From Camelus dromedarius (taxonomy: Eukaryota), in assembly GCF_036321535.1 (NCBI RefSeq), contig NC_087462.1:15562001-15626000 (forward strand): 64,000 nt of DNA. Reading direction: 5' to 3'. Below, in pieces: positions 63,224-64,000 of this stretch. A program made the translations under genes and the position numbers. Numbering within the stretch: the stretch's first letter is position 1; every line of letters starts with the position of its first letter. The notes under the pieces are model-generated. The model saw nothing but the letters and a program-made list of their open reading frames with translations. It searched no databases and was not told where the DNA came from.

Positions 63224-63697
63224 TGTTACAAATTGAATTGTAACCCCCTCCAAAAAAGATATTTTAAAGTCCTAATCTTGAGTACCTCAGAATGCGACCT
63301 TAATTGGACCTCGGATTGTTAACAGATGTGGTTAATCATGTGAAAATGAGGCCGTCCCGGAGGGGCATGGGCCCCCATCTGATATGACGGAGTCCTTACA
63401 AGAGGACAGCCATGTGAAGACATGAGGACACAGGGAGAGTGACGCCCTGTGAATGTGTAGCCGGAGATTGGGGTGATGCATTAACCGGTTGGGAAACACC
63501 AAAGGTGGTGTTGCTTCACCAGAAGCTGGGAGAGAGTCATGGAACTGACTTTCCCTTCAGAGGACTCAGAAGGAACCAAGCCTGACAGCCCTTGATTTCA
63601 GGCTTCTGGCCTCCAGAACTGTGAAAAAATAAATTACTGTTGTTTAATCCACCCAATTTATGGTACTTCGTTACGGGAGCCCCAGGAAGCTCACACA
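63224..63697 (+). mobile_element. MLT1B/C-like MaLR solo LTR, full length
   Basis: TG...CA termini; perfect 5-bp TSD AATGC (63219-63223 and 63698-63702); cttctggcctccagaactgtgaaaaaataaa. Confidence 0.93.
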
Positions 63698-64000
63698 AAT
63701 GCTGATGAGAAAGCACTCCTCCTTCTGTCTTTTAAAATCACTAAGTTAGTTACTAAGGTAACAAAAATAAAATAATATTAGTAAATATTTGCACATTCTT
63801 CAGCCAAATACATTTCATTCCTAAACTTATTTCTCTACTGCAATGTAATAGATTTCCTTTCTGATTGAATATTCACCTTGGATTTGGACGGGAAGTTTAA
63901 AGGTAGTAGGAGGAACTTGACAAGCAGGGAACAGTGAGTAGACACGTGGAAAGCCATGTCTGCCATGTGTTGGCAATGCTTAAAAGGAGTAGGTGTGCCG

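Noticed and set aside
1-64000. CRISPR arrays or prokaryotic defence systems
   Set aside because: Mammalian repeat landscape; no regularly spaced direct repeats and no operon-like ORFs

Overview
Mammalian genomic DNA, most likely a camelid (camel or alpaca type), judged from two copies of a tRNA-Ala(AGC)-derived SINE with the camelid Vic-1-like head and AAAT/cctaattacctccc tail, and from young L1 3' ends of cetartiodactyl type. The window is AT-rich and CpG-depleted. Roughly 40-45% of it (by eye) is recognisable interspersed repeat: L1 of several ages, L2, MIR, MaLR/ERVL/ERV1 solo LTRs and hAT MITEs. I recognised no protein-coding gene, RNA gene, CRISPR array or prokaryotic system. The ORF track appears to be chance or repeat-derived ORFs, except for an L1 ORF2 fragment at 47.2 kb. 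Eleven N blocks hide about 2.2 kb. Four lie inside young L1s, and the one I could check is about the length of the missing L1 segment. Seven lie in unique, enhancer- or exon-like sequence, so the most conserved parts of the window may be invisible. The best non-repeat signals are: a CpG-rich promoter-like region at 62.1-62.7 kb with clustered splice donors; two well-bounded plus-strand candidate exons (7165-7225, 42681-42737); conserved-element-like blocks at 12.5-13.5 kb and 34.4-34.7 kb; and a (TG)21(CG)9...(AC)20 Z-DNA/cruciform-prone unit at 13.6 kb. Repeat family names come from remembered consensus sequences, and most boundaries are approximate.
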